Shown here one piece after another: positions 40,629 through 51,205 of a DNA stretch of 64,000 bases (position 1 is the first letter of the stretch; each line of letters opens with the position of its first letter). The notes below the pieces were generated by a model, which saw nothing but the letters and a program-made list of their open reading frames with translations, had not been told where the DNA came from and did no database searches. The DNA lies in NCBI GenBank assembly GCA_040830765.1, contig JBFOMH010000017.1:224001-288000 (forward strand), written 5' to 3'. The DNA comes from Puniceicoccaceae bacterium (GTDB taxonomy: Bacteria; Verrucomicrobiota; Verrucomicrobiia; Opitutales; Oceanipulchritudinaceae). The position numbers were made by a program, and so were the translations under genes.

Positions 40629-42437
40629 GTGAGTGAGGCCAACCTAGGAGAGATCAGCCAATCCGGTCGCAGGACCCTTCCGGAATACTTGCGTCACCAC
40701 TTCACGGACACTCAGCGCTATCTCATCATCTGGATTGTTACGGGCCTGGCCTGTGGACTGGTGGCCGTGGCCTTTCACAAGTCCATCGAACTGGTGTTTG
40801 AAATGGTCTCTCATGTGGCTCTCTGGCTGGGCGGTGGTGACAGTGGGAAGGCCCTTCTCTTTATTGGTATCGCCCCGGTTGTCGGGGGTCTCCTGAGCGG
40901 ACTCATCCTCACCTACGGGAATCCAAATGCCGCTGGTTCGGGCATACCGCGGACAAAGGCCCAGTACTACCGCCAATTCGGTGTGATACCGTTGCGGGAG
41001 GCTGTCTACCGGTTCATCGTGGGGACGATTTCTGTTGGATTCGGCATGAGCCTGGGACGGGAAGGCCCGACGGTGCATATCTGTTCGGCAATGGCATCAA
41101 AAATCGGCCAGTGGTTCGGTCTGGCCAAGAAGCGGGTCCAGGCCATGGTCCCATTGGGCATGGGGGCAGGAATTTCAGCAGCCTTCAACACACCCATGGC
41201 AGCGGTCTTCTTCGTCTTTGAAGAACTGCTGGGTGACTTCAGCAGTAAGTCCTTCTTCGGCATATTCATCTCGGTCGTTATTGCGGCAGCGGTTCAGCGG
41301 ATCCTGGTCGGGGAGCACCCCGCCTTCGATATTGAGCTGGGTCTCCTGACAACCAATTGGTGGATGCTGCTGGCTATTCCCCTGGGGCTTTTTTCCGCTC
41401 TCTTTGGACGCGCCTTTGTCGAGGGAATCCTTCAGGCCCGGCGATACTTCGGGAGCAGGATGCCCTTGCCCGATTGGGTAAAGCCCGGGATCGGCGGACT
41501 CGGGGTGGGTATCATCGGTGTTACTGTGGCCTGGCTATCCTCGGGAAACATGGGCATCTTCGGCATCGGATATACGGATCTCGATTCCGCCCTGAACGGC
41601 CGGATGACCATCCTGTCCGTAGTGGCCCTGCTATTTTTCGGAAAGATCATCGCCACCATCCTCGCCTATGGCAGCGGAGGCAGTGGCGGCCTTTTTGCCC
41701 CGACATTATTCATCGGGGGAATGCTGGGAGCCTTGGTGGGTCTGCTGGCCCAGCCGTTGTTCGGGTTCAGCAATGAGATTGTCGGCGCCCTGGCCCTGCT
41801 GGGCATGGGAGCATTCTTTGCCGCGGTGATCCGCTGTCCGATGACCTCCATCGTCATCATCTGGGAGATGACCGGACAGTACGCACTCATCCTACCCCTG
41901 ATGGTGGGTAATATGTTGGCCTGGCTGATTTCGAGTAAACTTCAACCAGTTCCGCTCTATGATGCCTTGCTCCTGCAGGATAAGATTAACCTGAAAAAGA
42001 TGCCCCATTACCGGGGCGATCAGGATTGGAGGAACTTGCCCGTCAGCACCATCATGACCTTCGATCCGGTGGTCATTTCATCTGCCGATACAGTCGCCAC
42101 GGCCTTGGAAGCTATCCACAAGGATAATGCCAGGCACCATGCCTATCCGGTTGTCGGGAAGTCAGGCTCCCTTGAGGGAATGATCACCCATCATGAACTC
42201 GAAGAAAGCGCCCGCGAGGATCCGGAGAAGGTGGTTTCCGGACTGATAGAGGATCAGAAACTGGTCACCATTCATCCGGAAGCATCGATCCGCGATGTTG
42301 CCCAGGAACTGGTGATCAAGGATGTCCTGCAAGCGCCCGTCGTCAGTACAAAGGACGAACACAAGGTTATGGGTATCATTACCTTGCACGACATCGCCCG
42401 GCAGCAAAATGCCATCGATGACTCGATCGGCCGGTGA
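40629..42437 (+). CDS. ClC family chloride/proton antiporter with C-terminal CBS pair
   Basis: GSGIP, GREGPT (gating Glu), AAFNTP, FVFEEL (proton Glu), GGLFAP and CBS domains. Start uncertain (GTG 40629 or ATG 40539). Confidence 0.92.
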   Translation: MSEANLGEISQSGRRTLPEYLRHHFTDTQRYLIIWIVTGLACGLVAVAFHKSIELVFEMVSHVALWLGGGDSGKALLFIGIAPVVGGLLSGLILTYGNPNAAGSGIPRTKAQYYRQFGVIPLREAVYRFIVGTISVGFGMSLGREGPTVHICSAMASKIGQWFGLAKKRVQAMVPLGMGAGISAAFNTPMAAVFFVFEELLGDFSSKSFFGIFISVVIAAAVQRILVGEHPAFDIELGLLTTNWWMLLAIPLGLFSALFGRAFVEGILQARRYFGSRMPLPDWVKPGIGGLGVGIIGVTVAWLSSGNMGIFGIGYTDLDSALNGRMTILSVVALLFFGKIIATILAYGSGGSGGLFAPTLFIGGMLGALVGLLAQPLFGFSNEIVGALALLGMGAFFAAVIRCPMTSIVIIWEMTGQYALILPLMVGNMLAWLISSKLQPVPLYDALLLQDKINLKKMPHYRGDQDWRNLPVSTIMTFDPVVISSADTVATALEAIHKDNARHHAYPVVGKSGSLEGMITHHELEESAREDPEKVVSGLIEDQKLVTIHPEASIRDVAQELVIKDVLQAPVVSTKDEHKVMGIITLHDIARQQNAIDDSIGR

Positions 42438-42443
42438 ATGCTG

Positions 42444-43700
42444 TTACTCGGAGTCTTCCGGCAGAGGCTGCTCCTCTTGCAAGGCGGGATCCATAGGATT
42501 CAGGGCCGCAAATAAGCCAATTGGAATGGCCACTGCGGTGAGGGCCGCCTGGGTCTTGTAGGAGGTGGGTTGACGACCCATGACCCGATAGGCGTCCTCT
42601 TCCAGGTAGGAGACCCCGGACTGGGGACCGGTGAAAGCCTTCATGAAGGAAATCAGCGACTCCATGACAGGCATGAGCTGCTCCGACTGTTGCAGATCGG
42701 CCATGGCGTTGTCGATTTGCAAGGCACCGAGCGTTCCATCGTCGTACCAGAGGGACAAGCCGGAATCCGGGAATCCTTTGAGGGCAGCCTGTAATGCGGC
42801 TGATTCGCCGATGCCGGTTGTGCTATTGAGGAACCAATCCCGGGAAGCGTTCGAGGTCGTGAGCAAAAGGTCATTGGAGTCTGGCAGGGATTCCAGACGA
42901 ACCTCGATTGGCAACTCGGGTGCTGGCGAGCTGAAGGTCCAGGCACTTCCATCTTCGGTCGGAACGAACCCAGCTCCTTGCAGAAGGGGGCCGACCGATG
43001 CCAGGAGGTCGCCGACAGAGGTCAGCCGGATGGCGATGTTGCCTTTCAACAGGACCATTGCGGGATGAATTTCCGTCCCGTCGGCAGCGGCGGGCTTCAT
43101 GGCAGCCAGAACCCGCGTATTCAGGCGGTTGACGATATCGAGCGCTGTCAGCCCATCCGGAGTGATTGGCTGGGAAAGCTGGGCATCGATAATTCCCTGT
43201 CCCATGGGGCCCATCAAATCGATGGCGACGTTGCGGACAATTTCGAGGAGAGCGGTGCCTTCCAGTCCGATTTCAGCGATCGCGGCGGCGTCGGCCGGGG
43301 CCGAGGAAAGGATGGTAAAGGGTTGATTGCTGCTGCCGGTGAGGAGGAAGGCTCCCTCCGGGGCACCGTCAAAGAGGAAAATGCTCTTGTTCAGGAAGAC
43401 GCCTTCAGCCTCCCTTTCGGAAGTAAGGGTGGCGGCCCGGAGGTTCAGCAGACCGAGGCGCTGAAAGAGCATTTCATAATCAACGGGTACGGGGGGCATC
43501 TCGGGTGAACTGGCCTGATACTCGAGATAGACCTTGGTCAGGAATTCGCCCAGTACGGCAAAGTCTTGCTCAAGATTGGCATGCAGGACCATCTCGGGAT
43601 CTTCCGCAGCCAAGCGCTCCATGGACTCCTGGTAAGTTCCAGCTGCAGCGGACAGCGAGACAAGAAACGACGATAGAAGGATCAGGATTCGGTTTTTCAT
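42444..43700 (-). CDS. Hypothetical exported protein
   Basis: 418 aa with signal peptide MKNRILILLSSFLVSLSAAA. Confidence 0.7.
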   Translation of the reverse strand: MKNRILILLSSFLVSLSAAAGTYQESMERLAAEDPEMVLHANLEQDFAVLGEFLTKVYLEYQASSPEMPPVPVDYEMLFQRLGLLNLRAATLTSEREAEGVFLNKSIFLFDGAPEGAFLLTGSSNQPFTILSSAPADAAAIAEIGLEGTALLEIVRNVAIDLMGPMGQGIIDAQLSQPITPDGLTALDIVNRLNTRVLAAMKPAAADGTEIHPAMVLLKGNIAIRLTSVGDLLASVGPLLQGAGFVPTEDGSAWTFSSPAPELPIEVRLESLPDSNDLLLTTSNASRDWFLNSTTGIGESAALQAALKGFPDSGLSLWYDDGTLGALQIDNAMADLQQSEQLMPVMESLISFMKAFTGPQSGVSYLEEDAYRVMGRQPTSYKTQAALTAVAIPIGLFAALNPMDPALQEEQPLPEDSE

Positions 43701-43796
43701 ATTTAATACTATTCGTTGATTTAGCGATAGGTGGTTACAGAGAAATTAGCCAACGGAGGCACTTGCAGAAATCAGATAGGCAGATAGCTTACAATA

Positions 43797-45041
43797 ATGG
43801 CAACGCCAAAGACACTCCCTGCTACTGATATCGAGCGGATTCGTGCTGAATTTCCGATCCTTTCGCGGGAAGTCAACGGGAAGCCACTGGTCTATCTCGA
43901 CAATGCGGCTACGGCACAGAAGCCGCGGGTGATGCTGGAACGCCTGGAGCAGTTTTATGCCGAGGAGAATGCCAATATCCACCGGGGCGTTCATGCCCTG
44001 TCCCAGCGGGCAACCGAGTCTTATGAGGACGCCCGGGGAAGCGTGGCCCGTTTCATCGGGGCGGCGGCAAAGGAGGAAATTGTCTTTACCCGGAACGCGA
44101 CGGAATCGGTCAACCTTCTGGCCACTTCCTTGAGCCATAGTGTATTAGGCAAGGATGACACCGTCCTCATAACGACTATGGAGCACCATGCGAACATAGT
44201 CCCGTGGCAACTTCTGAGGGACCGGATCGGAATCCGGCTCGCCACTGTGGAGGTAGATGAGGACGGTCACCTGGACATTGAGGATTATCACAAAAAGCTG
44301 GTCGACCTCAAGCCCGCCCTGGTCTCCATGGTCCACGTTTCCAACTCGCTCGGCTGGATCAATCCCGCCAGGGAGATGATTGCCGCGGCCCACCGCGAGA
44401 ATATCCCGGTTTTGCTCGATGCCGCCCAATCGATCCCGCACTTTCAGGTGGATGTCCAGGCGCTCGATTGTGACTGGATGGTTTTCAGCGGCCACAAGGT
44501 ATTCGGGCCAAGCGGAACCGGGGTCCTCTTCGGGAAGTCCGAACGACTCGGGGACCTTCCGCCCTACCAGGGTGGGGGGGACATGATTGAATCCGTCAGT
44601 TTTGACAAAACAATCTACAAGGGAATTCCAGAGCGCTTTGAGGCCGGAACGCCCAATATAGCCGGGGCCATTGCCCTCGCCTCGACGCTCGATTACCTGT
44701 CCTCCCTCGACCGGGTGCGGCTCATAGAGCATGAGGACGCCCTGCGGGATGCGGCCACGGAAGGTCTCAAGCAAATTCCCGGACTGCGCATTGTCGGTGA
44801 CGGACCGGACAAGGCCTCGGTAGTTTCCTTCGTCCTTGAGGCAGCCCATCCGCACGACATTGCTTCTTTCCTTGATGCGGACGGGATCGCCATTCGTTCC
44901 GGCCACCACTGTACACAGCCGCTGATGAGCCGACTGGGACTCACGGGTACAGCCCGGGCCAGCTTCGCCTTTTATAACACGCAGGAGGAAGTGGATGCCC
45001 TCGTCAATGGAGTGGCCAAGATCCGTGACTTCTTTGCCTGA
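43797..45041 (+). CDS. sufS: Cysteine desulfurase, group II
   Basis: YLDNAATAQKP, MEHHANIVPW, FSGHK, FEAGTP and RSGHHCTQP. Confidence 0.93.
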   Translation: MATPKTLPATDIERIRAEFPILSREVNGKPLVYLDNAATAQKPRVMLERLEQFYAEENANIHRGVHALSQRATESYEDARGSVARFIGAAAKEEIVFTRNATESVNLLATSLSHSVLGKDDTVLITTMEHHANIVPWQLLRDRIGIRLATVEVDEDGHLDIEDYHKKLVDLKPALVSMVHVSNSLGWINPAREMIAAAHRENIPVLLDAAQSIPHFQVDVQALDCDWMVFSGHKVFGPSGTGVLFGKSERLGDLPPYQGGGDMIESVSFDKTIYKGIPERFEAGTPNIAGAIALASTLDYLSSLDRVRLIEHEDALRDAATEGLKQIPGLRIVGDGPDKASVVSFVLEAAHPHDIASFLDADGIAIRSGHHCTQPLMSRLGLTGTARASFAFYNTQEEVDALVNGVAKIRDFFA

Positions 45042-45047
45042 GAAGGG

Positions 45048-46247
45048 TCAGCCCTTCAGGCATTCGGCAATAGCCGAGCAGAGCCGCTGGATGTTGTTGT
45101 CATTGATACCAGCAACATTGATCCGGCCGCTCTTGACGAGGTAAATGCTGTACTCCTCCCTCAGGCGCTGAACGTGTTCAGGCGTGAGGCCGGAGAAGGA
45201 AAACATACCTTTCTGGTCGGCGATAAAGGCAAAATCCCCGGCCCCGGCCTTTGCCAACGCTTCCACGAACTGGGCCCGGACGGAATTGATCCGCAGCCGC
45301 ATGCCCTTGAGCTCTTCTTCCCATTGCAGGCGCAGCTCCAAATCATTGAGGATGGTTGAGACGATCCCGCTGCCGTGGGCAGGTGGATTGGAGTAGTTTG
45401 TCCGGACGAGGATCTTGAGCTGGCTCAGAACCCGGTCGGCTTCCTGCTTGTTCTTGGCCACGACATGCAAGGCACCCACACGGTCCTGATAGAGGCCAAA
45501 ATTCTTGGAGAATGAGGAGCAGACGAGAAACTCCATTCCATATTCGGAAAGCGCTCGAATGGCCACTGCATCATCAACCCAGCCCGTGGCGAAGCCTTGG
45601 TAGGCAAAGTCGACGATCGGCAGCAGGCGCCTTTCCTTGCAGACCTTGGCGATGGTTTCCCATTCCTCTGCGGAGGGGTCTACACCTGTCGGGTTGTGGC
45701 AGCAGGCATGAAAGAGGACAACGTCGTTTTCCGGAATGTCCTCGAGGACCGTGATCATCCCGGCAATATTGAGGCCATGGCTTTCCGGGTCATAATAGGG
45801 ATAGGTAGCTATCTCGAGGTCGGACTTCTGGAAGATTCCCTGGTGGTTGGCCCAGGTTGGGTTGCTGACCCAGATGGTACGCTTGCCAAGGCAGTGGCGG
45901 ACAAAGTCACCGGCCAGTCTCAGGCCGCCGGTACCACCCGGGGTGTGGACGGAAGCGATGCTGCCGGTTTCGATCATTTCATTGCCTTCCCCGAAGACCA
46001 GTTTCTGGGCGTGCCCGAGATAGTCAGGGTGCCCGTTGATGGGGAGGTAACTCTTGCTGTTGGAAGCTGAAGCCAGTCGCTTTTCGGCTTCCCGGACAGA
46101 ATCGAGGACCGGTGAAACGCCGGTGGCATCCTGATAAACCCCAACGGTGAGGTTGATCTTTTCAGGATTGGGATCATTGCGGAAGGACTCCGACAGCCCA
46201 AGAATGGGATCGGGAGGGGCAGCACTAACCTGTTCGAATAGATTCAT
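45048..46247 (-). CDS. aspC: Aspartate/aromatic amino acid aminotransferase (AspC/TyrB family)
   Basis: PPDPILGL, INLTVGVY, TPGGTGGL, HACCHNPTG, DFAYQGF, SFSKNFGLY and GRINVAG. Confidence 0.88.
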   Translation of the reverse strand: MNLFEQVSAAPPDPILGLSESFRNDPNPEKINLTVGVYQDATGVSPVLDSVREAEKRLASASNSKSYLPINGHPDYLGHAQKLVFGEGNEMIETGSIASVHTPGGTGGLRLAGDFVRHCLGKRTIWVSNPTWANHQGIFQKSDLEIATYPYYDPESHGLNIAGMITVLEDIPENDVVLFHACCHNPTGVDPSAEEWETIAKVCKERRLLPIVDFAYQGFATGWVDDAVAIRALSEYGMEFLVCSSFSKNFGLYQDRVGALHVVAKNKQEADRVLSQLKILVRTNYSNPPAHGSGIVSTILNDLELRLQWEEELKGMRLRINSVRAQFVEALAKAGAGDFAFIADQKGMFSFSGLTPEHVQRLREEYSIYLVKSGRINVAGINDNNIQRLCSAIAECLKG

Positions 46248-46352
46248 CCCCGCCTATGAAGTGCATGGTCCCCCGAACATCAAGGAAGGATTTTACCGAA
46301 AGAGGATTTTTTTTGATTTCGCCATTGATTTTGGGGACCGCAGGAGCACCTT

Positions 46353-47348
46353 TTGAACTGGATCATGAAGTTGCAGCGTATTTTCCTCCTCATTGTTTTG
46401 GGACCCTGTCTGGGGATGGCTATCCTGCACGGAAACCAACCCGCCGACCGCATTGAGACAGCGGATGGGGCCATCCTTACCGGACGGATTGAGGACATTT
46501 CGGAAACCCATATCCAGATCTCCACAACCTATGCCGGAACGCTTGTCGTCGATCGGGCAGAGGTTTTGCGCTATCATCAGGCTGGACATGAAGCCCTTCC
46601 CGACGAGGCCAAGACTGTCCAAAAGGAGAAACAGAAGTCTGTTCCGGTTGCGCGGGCTCCCAAGAAACCGAAGCCGGTTCCAGAGGACCCACGCCTTTGG
46701 AAATTTGAGGCCGGGCTGAACTTTATCGGCAACCAGGGCAATACGGACAAGCTCGACCTGACGATCACCGCGGATGCCGAGATGGATCGTGACTACGACC
46801 GGCTGGACATTTATGGCCGTTATTCCTACGGCGAGAACAAGGGAAAGCTTTCCGCAAATGAAATTGTCCTTGGAAGCCAGTACACGAATTTCTTCCGGGA
46901 AGATGTCGGGTTCTTCCTCCGGGGTGAATTGGAGCATGATGACCGGGAGGGGATTCTCATTCGTAGCACCTCCGCCTCCGGTATCTCCTGGAAGGTAAAG
47001 GATGAAAAGGACCTCACCGTCGAAACCCGATCCGGAATCAGCTACCGTTTTGAGGATTTCAAGGACGATGGGTCAGCGGACTATCCCGGAATGGACTTCG
47101 GCCTTGATCTGAACTGGCGCTTCGTCGAGTGGGCACGTCTCAAGGCCTCCTACACCTATCTGCCCTCAGTGGCTGACTTTGGCGATTACATCATCCGGCA
47201 GGATACAGGCTTCAATCTGCCCCTTGACTATTCCGAGCTCTGGGAATTGCGCCTGGGCGTGGTTAGTAAATACAACAACCAGCCCGATGAAGGCCGCGAA
47301 AGGCTCGATCACCGCTACTATGCGCGCCTGATTGCTTCCTGGGAATGA
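46353..47348 (+). CDS. DUF481-type outer-membrane beta-barrel protein
   Basis: Signal peptide, GNT motif, amphipathic strands and aromatic C-terminus. Start at TTG 46353 or ATG 46365. Confidence 0.75.
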   Translation: MNWIMKLQRIFLLIVLGPCLGMAILHGNQPADRIETADGAILTGRIEDISETHIQISTTYAGTLVVDRAEVLRYHQAGHEALPDEAKTVQKEKQKSVPVARAPKKPKPVPEDPRLWKFEAGLNFIGNQGNTDKLDLTITADAEMDRDYDRLDIYGRYSYGENKGKLSANEIVLGSQYTNFFREDVGFFLRGELEHDDREGILIRSTSASGISWKVKDEKDLTVETRSGISYRFEDFKDDGSADYPGMDFGLDLNWRFVEWARLKASYTYLPSVADFGDYIIRQDTGFNLPLDYSELWELRLGVVSKYNNQPDEGRERLDHRYYARLIASWE

Positions 47349-47429
47349 GGTATTGCCAGGTTGGGCTTCCCGATGCTTCTGGCGCAGAGGCATTTATAAT
47401 TCCCGTCAGCCTTGACCATGGATTGATAT

Positions 47430-49094
47430 GTGCTCAGTTTTAAACTGAAACAAGTTATGAAGGAAGAGGGCTTTATTCTGGATGCCGGGTATGATGCGTT
47501 AAATCAATCACCGGAGTTGGAGCAACATTTGGCTGCCTTGCTGGTCAAGTCACTGAGCAAGTCCCCGTTCCACAAGCACTTTGTCGATCTCACCGCCGAG
47601 CGGAAGGAAATGACCAGCGGCATGATGCTTGCCGTTGCCCTGACCATGTCCCGCCGCTGGAAGGAAACGATTCCCGATGAGCGGGTAGGGGTGGTATTTC
47701 CTTCCGGCCTTGGAGGCGTGCTGACCAACCTTGCCCTGGTCCTCATCGGGAAGATCCCGGTCAATTTGAACTTTAGTGCCGGAACCAGTTCCATCGAACA
47801 GGCGATGGAAATCGGCGAGGTCCGCACGATCATTTCGGCCAGTCCCATTCGCAAGAAATTCCCCGATTTCCCTTGGCCGGAAAATACCATCGACCTCATT
47901 CGCGAGCGGGCCCATTTCAAGAAGAAGGACATTCTCTTCAATCTGCTCCGGGTCATTCTTTATCCCTCAAGTATGCTCATCAAGCGTTTTGGGATTCCCA
48001 CGCAAGGAGGTGACAAGGAATGCGGCCTTCTTTTTTCCAGTGGTAGCACGGGTGTCCCGAAGGGGATCCCCCTGACACACCGAAACATCATCGCCAACTG
48101 CATGCAGATCAGCAGCTGCCACTTGCTGGACAAAACACAGAAACTTTTGGCCTGCCTGCCCATCTTCCACAGTTTTGGATTCACTGGAACAATGTGGTAC
48201 CCGCTCCTTTCCGGTTTGCCATGCGTGACCTTACCATCCCCTCTGGAAACAAGGAAGATTGCTGAAACCATTCATGCGGAAAAGGCAACCGTCCTGATGG
48301 GAACACCGACTTTCTTCCGCCCCTATTTCAAGCGGGCCACGAAAGAGCAGTTGGCTTCCCTGAATTACGTCGTTGCAGGCGCCGAAAAGACACCTCCCGG
48401 GTTTGGTGAACGATGGGAGGAGGAATTTGGCAGTATTTATCTTCAGGGATATGGACTGACTGAGACAACTCCGGTTGCCAGTGCCAACCTGCCCGGTTAC
48501 AAGAATGTCCCCCCACAAATAAAGGCTGGTTCAGTGGGCCGCTTGATGAAGGGAATGAAGGCGCGGATCGTCGACCCGTCCACTGGAGCGGTCCTGCCCC
48601 AGAACAAGCAGGGCATTCTCGATTTGAAGGGTGCAAATGTCTTTGGTGGTTACCTGAAGAATCCCGAAGCCAATGAAGCGGCATTTGCCGATGGTTGGTT
48701 CCGCACCGGGGACCTTGCCCGGATCGACCTGGAGAATTACCTTTTCATCGAAGGGCGGCTCAGTCGATTTTCCAAACTGGGTGGGGAGATGGTTCCTCAT
48801 GGCCGGGTGGAGCAGGTTATTGCCGAAAGTTTCCAACTGGATGATTCCGAGGAGCCGCTGGTCGCGGTGACCGGTATTTCCGATGAGGTAAAAGGGGAGG
48901 CCCTTGTGCTCCTGACGGCCGTGGATATCAAGTCAGACGACTTGCGTAAGCGTCTCCTTGAGGCTGGCATTCCCAACCTGTGGATTCCGCGGATCATTCT
49001 CCGGGTGGACGACATTCCCCACCTCGCTTCCGGCAAACTCGACTTGCAGGGGCTCAATACGTTGGCCCTGAAGAAGTTTCAGGAATCCTCCTGA
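47430..49094 (+). CDS. AMP-dependent acyl-ACP synthetase (Aas C-terminal domain-like)
   Basis: LFSSGSTGVPKG, LPIFHSFG, GYGLTET, TGD, GRLSRFSKLGGEMV and SGKLD. Confidence 0.88.
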   Translation: MLSFKLKQVMKEEGFILDAGYDALNQSPELEQHLAALLVKSLSKSPFHKHFVDLTAERKEMTSGMMLAVALTMSRRWKETIPDERVGVVFPSGLGGVLTNLALVLIGKIPVNLNFSAGTSSIEQAMEIGEVRTIISASPIRKKFPDFPWPENTIDLIRERAHFKKKDILFNLLRVILYPSSMLIKRFGIPTQGGDKECGLLFSSGSTGVPKGIPLTHRNIIANCMQISSCHLLDKTQKLLACLPIFHSFGFTGTMWYPLLSGLPCVTLPSPLETRKIAETIHAEKATVLMGTPTFFRPYFKRATKEQLASLNYVVAGAEKTPPGFGERWEEEFGSIYLQGYGLTETTPVASANLPGYKNVPPQIKAGSVGRLMKGMKARIVDPSTGAVLPQNKQGILDLKGANVFGGYLKNPEANEAAFADGWFRTGDLARIDLENYLFIEGRLSRFSKLGGEMVPHGRVEQVIAESFQLDDSEEPLVAVTGISDEVKGEALVLLTAVDIKSDDLRKRLLEAGIPNLWIPRIILRVDDIPHLASGKLDLQGLNTLALKKFQESS

Positions 49095-49885
49095 CTTCTC
49101 TGGCGAACCGCCTCAAACAGGGCGACTGCGGTTGCCGCGGCCACATTCAAGCTGTCGGTTACGCCCGCCATGGGCAACTTGTAGGTTGTATTCCCTTTTA
49201 GCCAGTCCTCGCTGAGTCCGTCATCCTCAGTTCCGAGGACAATGGCTACCGGCTTATGGAGAGGGGCGTCCCAGAGGAGGGCGTCTCCGGAAGGTGAAGT
49301 CGGCACCGGACGGATGTTCCTTTCCTCGAGAAACAGGGTCAGGCTGGTGTTGTCGGTCGTGCAAAACGGAACCTGGAAAAAGGCTCCCTGCGAGGCGCGG
49401 ATGGTGTTCGGATTGCACGGATCCGTCACCGCCTCGGTCAGGATAATGGCCTCCGCACCGGCAGCATTGGCTGTCCGGAAGATGGCACCCAGGTTGCCAG
49501 GCTTCTCCAGCCCTTCGAGAACAATAAGGAGGGGGTTGTCCGACAGTTGAAGCTCTTCCAGCTTCCAGGACTTTTGGTGGGCTACAGCCAACAAGCCATC
49601 CGGTCCCTGACGGAAGGCGGCTTTTGTGAACGGGCCCTCCGCCAACTGCACGATTTCGGTGCCTGACTCCTCAGCTTTGTGGAGCAAGTCAAATGAATCC
49701 GGATGCTTGAAAAGGGCGTCGCAGAAGAAAATCGTCTCCAAGGGCCAGTCGCAGCTCATGGCCCGTTCGATCTCCCGGTAGCCTTCCACGAGGAATCGCT
49801 GCTGGCGGCGGCGATGGCTGCCGTCACGCAGGCGGACAAGGTTTTTTACCCGGGGATTCTGGGCGCTGGTTATCTGCTCCGGCAT
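49079..49885 (-). CDS. TrmH/SpoU family RNA 2'-O-methyltransferase
   Basis: ITSAQNPRVK, EKPGNLGAIFRTA, GTEDDGL and SLNVAAA. Confidence 0.92.
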   Translation of the reverse strand: MPEQITSAQNPRVKNLVRLRDGSHRRRQQRFLVEGYREIERAMSCDWPLETIFFCDALFKHPDSFDLLHKAEESGTEIVQLAEGPFTKAAFRQGPDGLLAVAHQKSWKLEELQLSDNPLLIVLEGLEKPGNLGAIFRTANAAGAEAIILTEAVTDPCNPNTIRASQGAFFQVPFCTTDNTSLTLFLEERNIRPVPTSPSGDALLWDAPLHKPVAIVLGTEDDGLSEDWLKGNTTYKLPMAGVTDSLNVAAATAVALFEAVRQRSQEDS

Positions 49886-49983
49886 GGCTTGATGATGGTA
49901 AGTTCGGGGATTCACGAAGGCATGACGAGCAAATTTGCGGCTTGTACCAGCGGCCTAGCTCTTCTTCCTATGGGACTGAGTGC

Positions 49984-51204
49984 ATGAAGAAGCCACCGAG
50001 AAACTTTAATCCGGAACCCTTTGCCTACCACGAGGAGGTTGAGGTGACCATTGAGGACCTGACAAACCTCGGGCAGGGCGTCGGGCGGATTGACGGCTGG
50101 GTTGTGTTCATTCCCTTTGCTTTGCCGGGCGAGCGTGTCAGGGCGCGGATCTGGCGCAACAAGAAGGCCTACTCCGAAGCCGACCTGATCGAGGTGCTGA
50201 GCCCCTCGGAGGACCGTGTCGATCCGGTTTGCCCGCTATTCCGGACCTGTGGGGGCTGCCAGTATCAGCATTATGCCTACACGGCACAACTGGAGTGGAA
50301 GCGGCGCCAGATTGAAGACCTGTTGAAAAAAATGGCCGGCCTCAGTCATGCCGTGAATCCCACCCTCGGCTGCACGGACCACACGTATCACTATAGATCC
50401 AAGATTACCCCGCACTTCCGTAGACCGCCGACGGAACCCGATACCCCCATCGGATTCCAGAAAGCGGACAGCCGGGCTGTTGTCGATGTGCCTTCCTGCC
50501 CGATCGCCAGCCTATCCATCAATCAGCGATTGGCATCGGCGCGGGAAGAGCTCCGAGCAGGCAAGGTTACCTACAAGAAAGGAGGGACTCTCCTCCTGCG
50601 GGATTCCTGTGAGGGTGTGATTACCGATATGAAGGCTCTGGCGGAGGAGAAAGTGGGGCCCTATGCCTTTCAATTTGTCGCCGGGGAATTCTTCCAGAAT
50701 AATCCCCACGTCTTGCCAAGGATGGTTGACTACGCCCTTGACCGGGCAGCTGCCCCTGGGATTGAGAATCTCGTCGATGCCTATTGTGGGGTAGGGGTCT
50801 TTGGCATTTGCGGGCATGACCGCTTCGAGGCAGTTGCCGGCATTGAAGTGAGCGAGAGGGCCGTCGAGCTGGCCCGCGGCAATGCAGCCAGGAACAAGGT
50901 CGGGAATGTCCGTTTCATGCTCGGCAAAGCCGATGCCATTTTCGATGGACTCTCCTTTCCGCCCGGGAAAACGACCGTCTTGATGGACCCGCCACGCAAG
51001 GGGAGCGATCCCGCCTTTCTTCAGCAGCTACTTCAGTTTGGACCAGCCCGGGTGGTATATGTCAGTTGCGGACCGGATACACAGGCACGGGACATCACGG
51101 CCTTGCTCGATGGACCTTACAAGGTGGTTGATATTCAGCCGGTGGATCTGTTCCCCCAGACGCGCCACATTGAGAACATCATCACCCTCGAACGAAAAGA
51201 GTGA
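49984..51204 (+). CDS. RlmD/TrmA family RNA (uracil-5)-methyltransferase with TRAM domain
   Basis: CPLFRTCGGCQYQH, FFQNN, DAYCGVG, DPPRKG, YVSC and DLFPQTRHIE. Confidence 0.92.
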   Translation: MKKPPRNFNPEPFAYHEEVEVTIEDLTNLGQGVGRIDGWVVFIPFALPGERVRARIWRNKKAYSEADLIEVLSPSEDRVDPVCPLFRTCGGCQYQHYAYTAQLEWKRRQIEDLLKKMAGLSHAVNPTLGCTDHTYHYRSKITPHFRRPPTEPDTPIGFQKADSRAVVDVPSCPIASLSINQRLASAREELRAGKVTYKKGGTLLLRDSCEGVITDMKALAEEKVGPYAFQFVAGEFFQNNPHVLPRMVDYALDRAAAPGIENLVDAYCGVGVFGICGHDRFEAVAGIEVSERAVELARGNAARNKVGNVRFMLGKADAIFDGLSFPPGKTTVLMDPPRKGSDPAFLQQLLQFGPARVVYVSCGPDTQARDITALLDGPYKVVDIQPVDLFPQTRHIENIITLERKE

Positions 51205-51205
51205 C

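Noticed and set aside
43797..45041. sufS as a member of the lar locus
   Set aside because: It is 17 kb away with unrelated genes between. Any link is only functional speculation.
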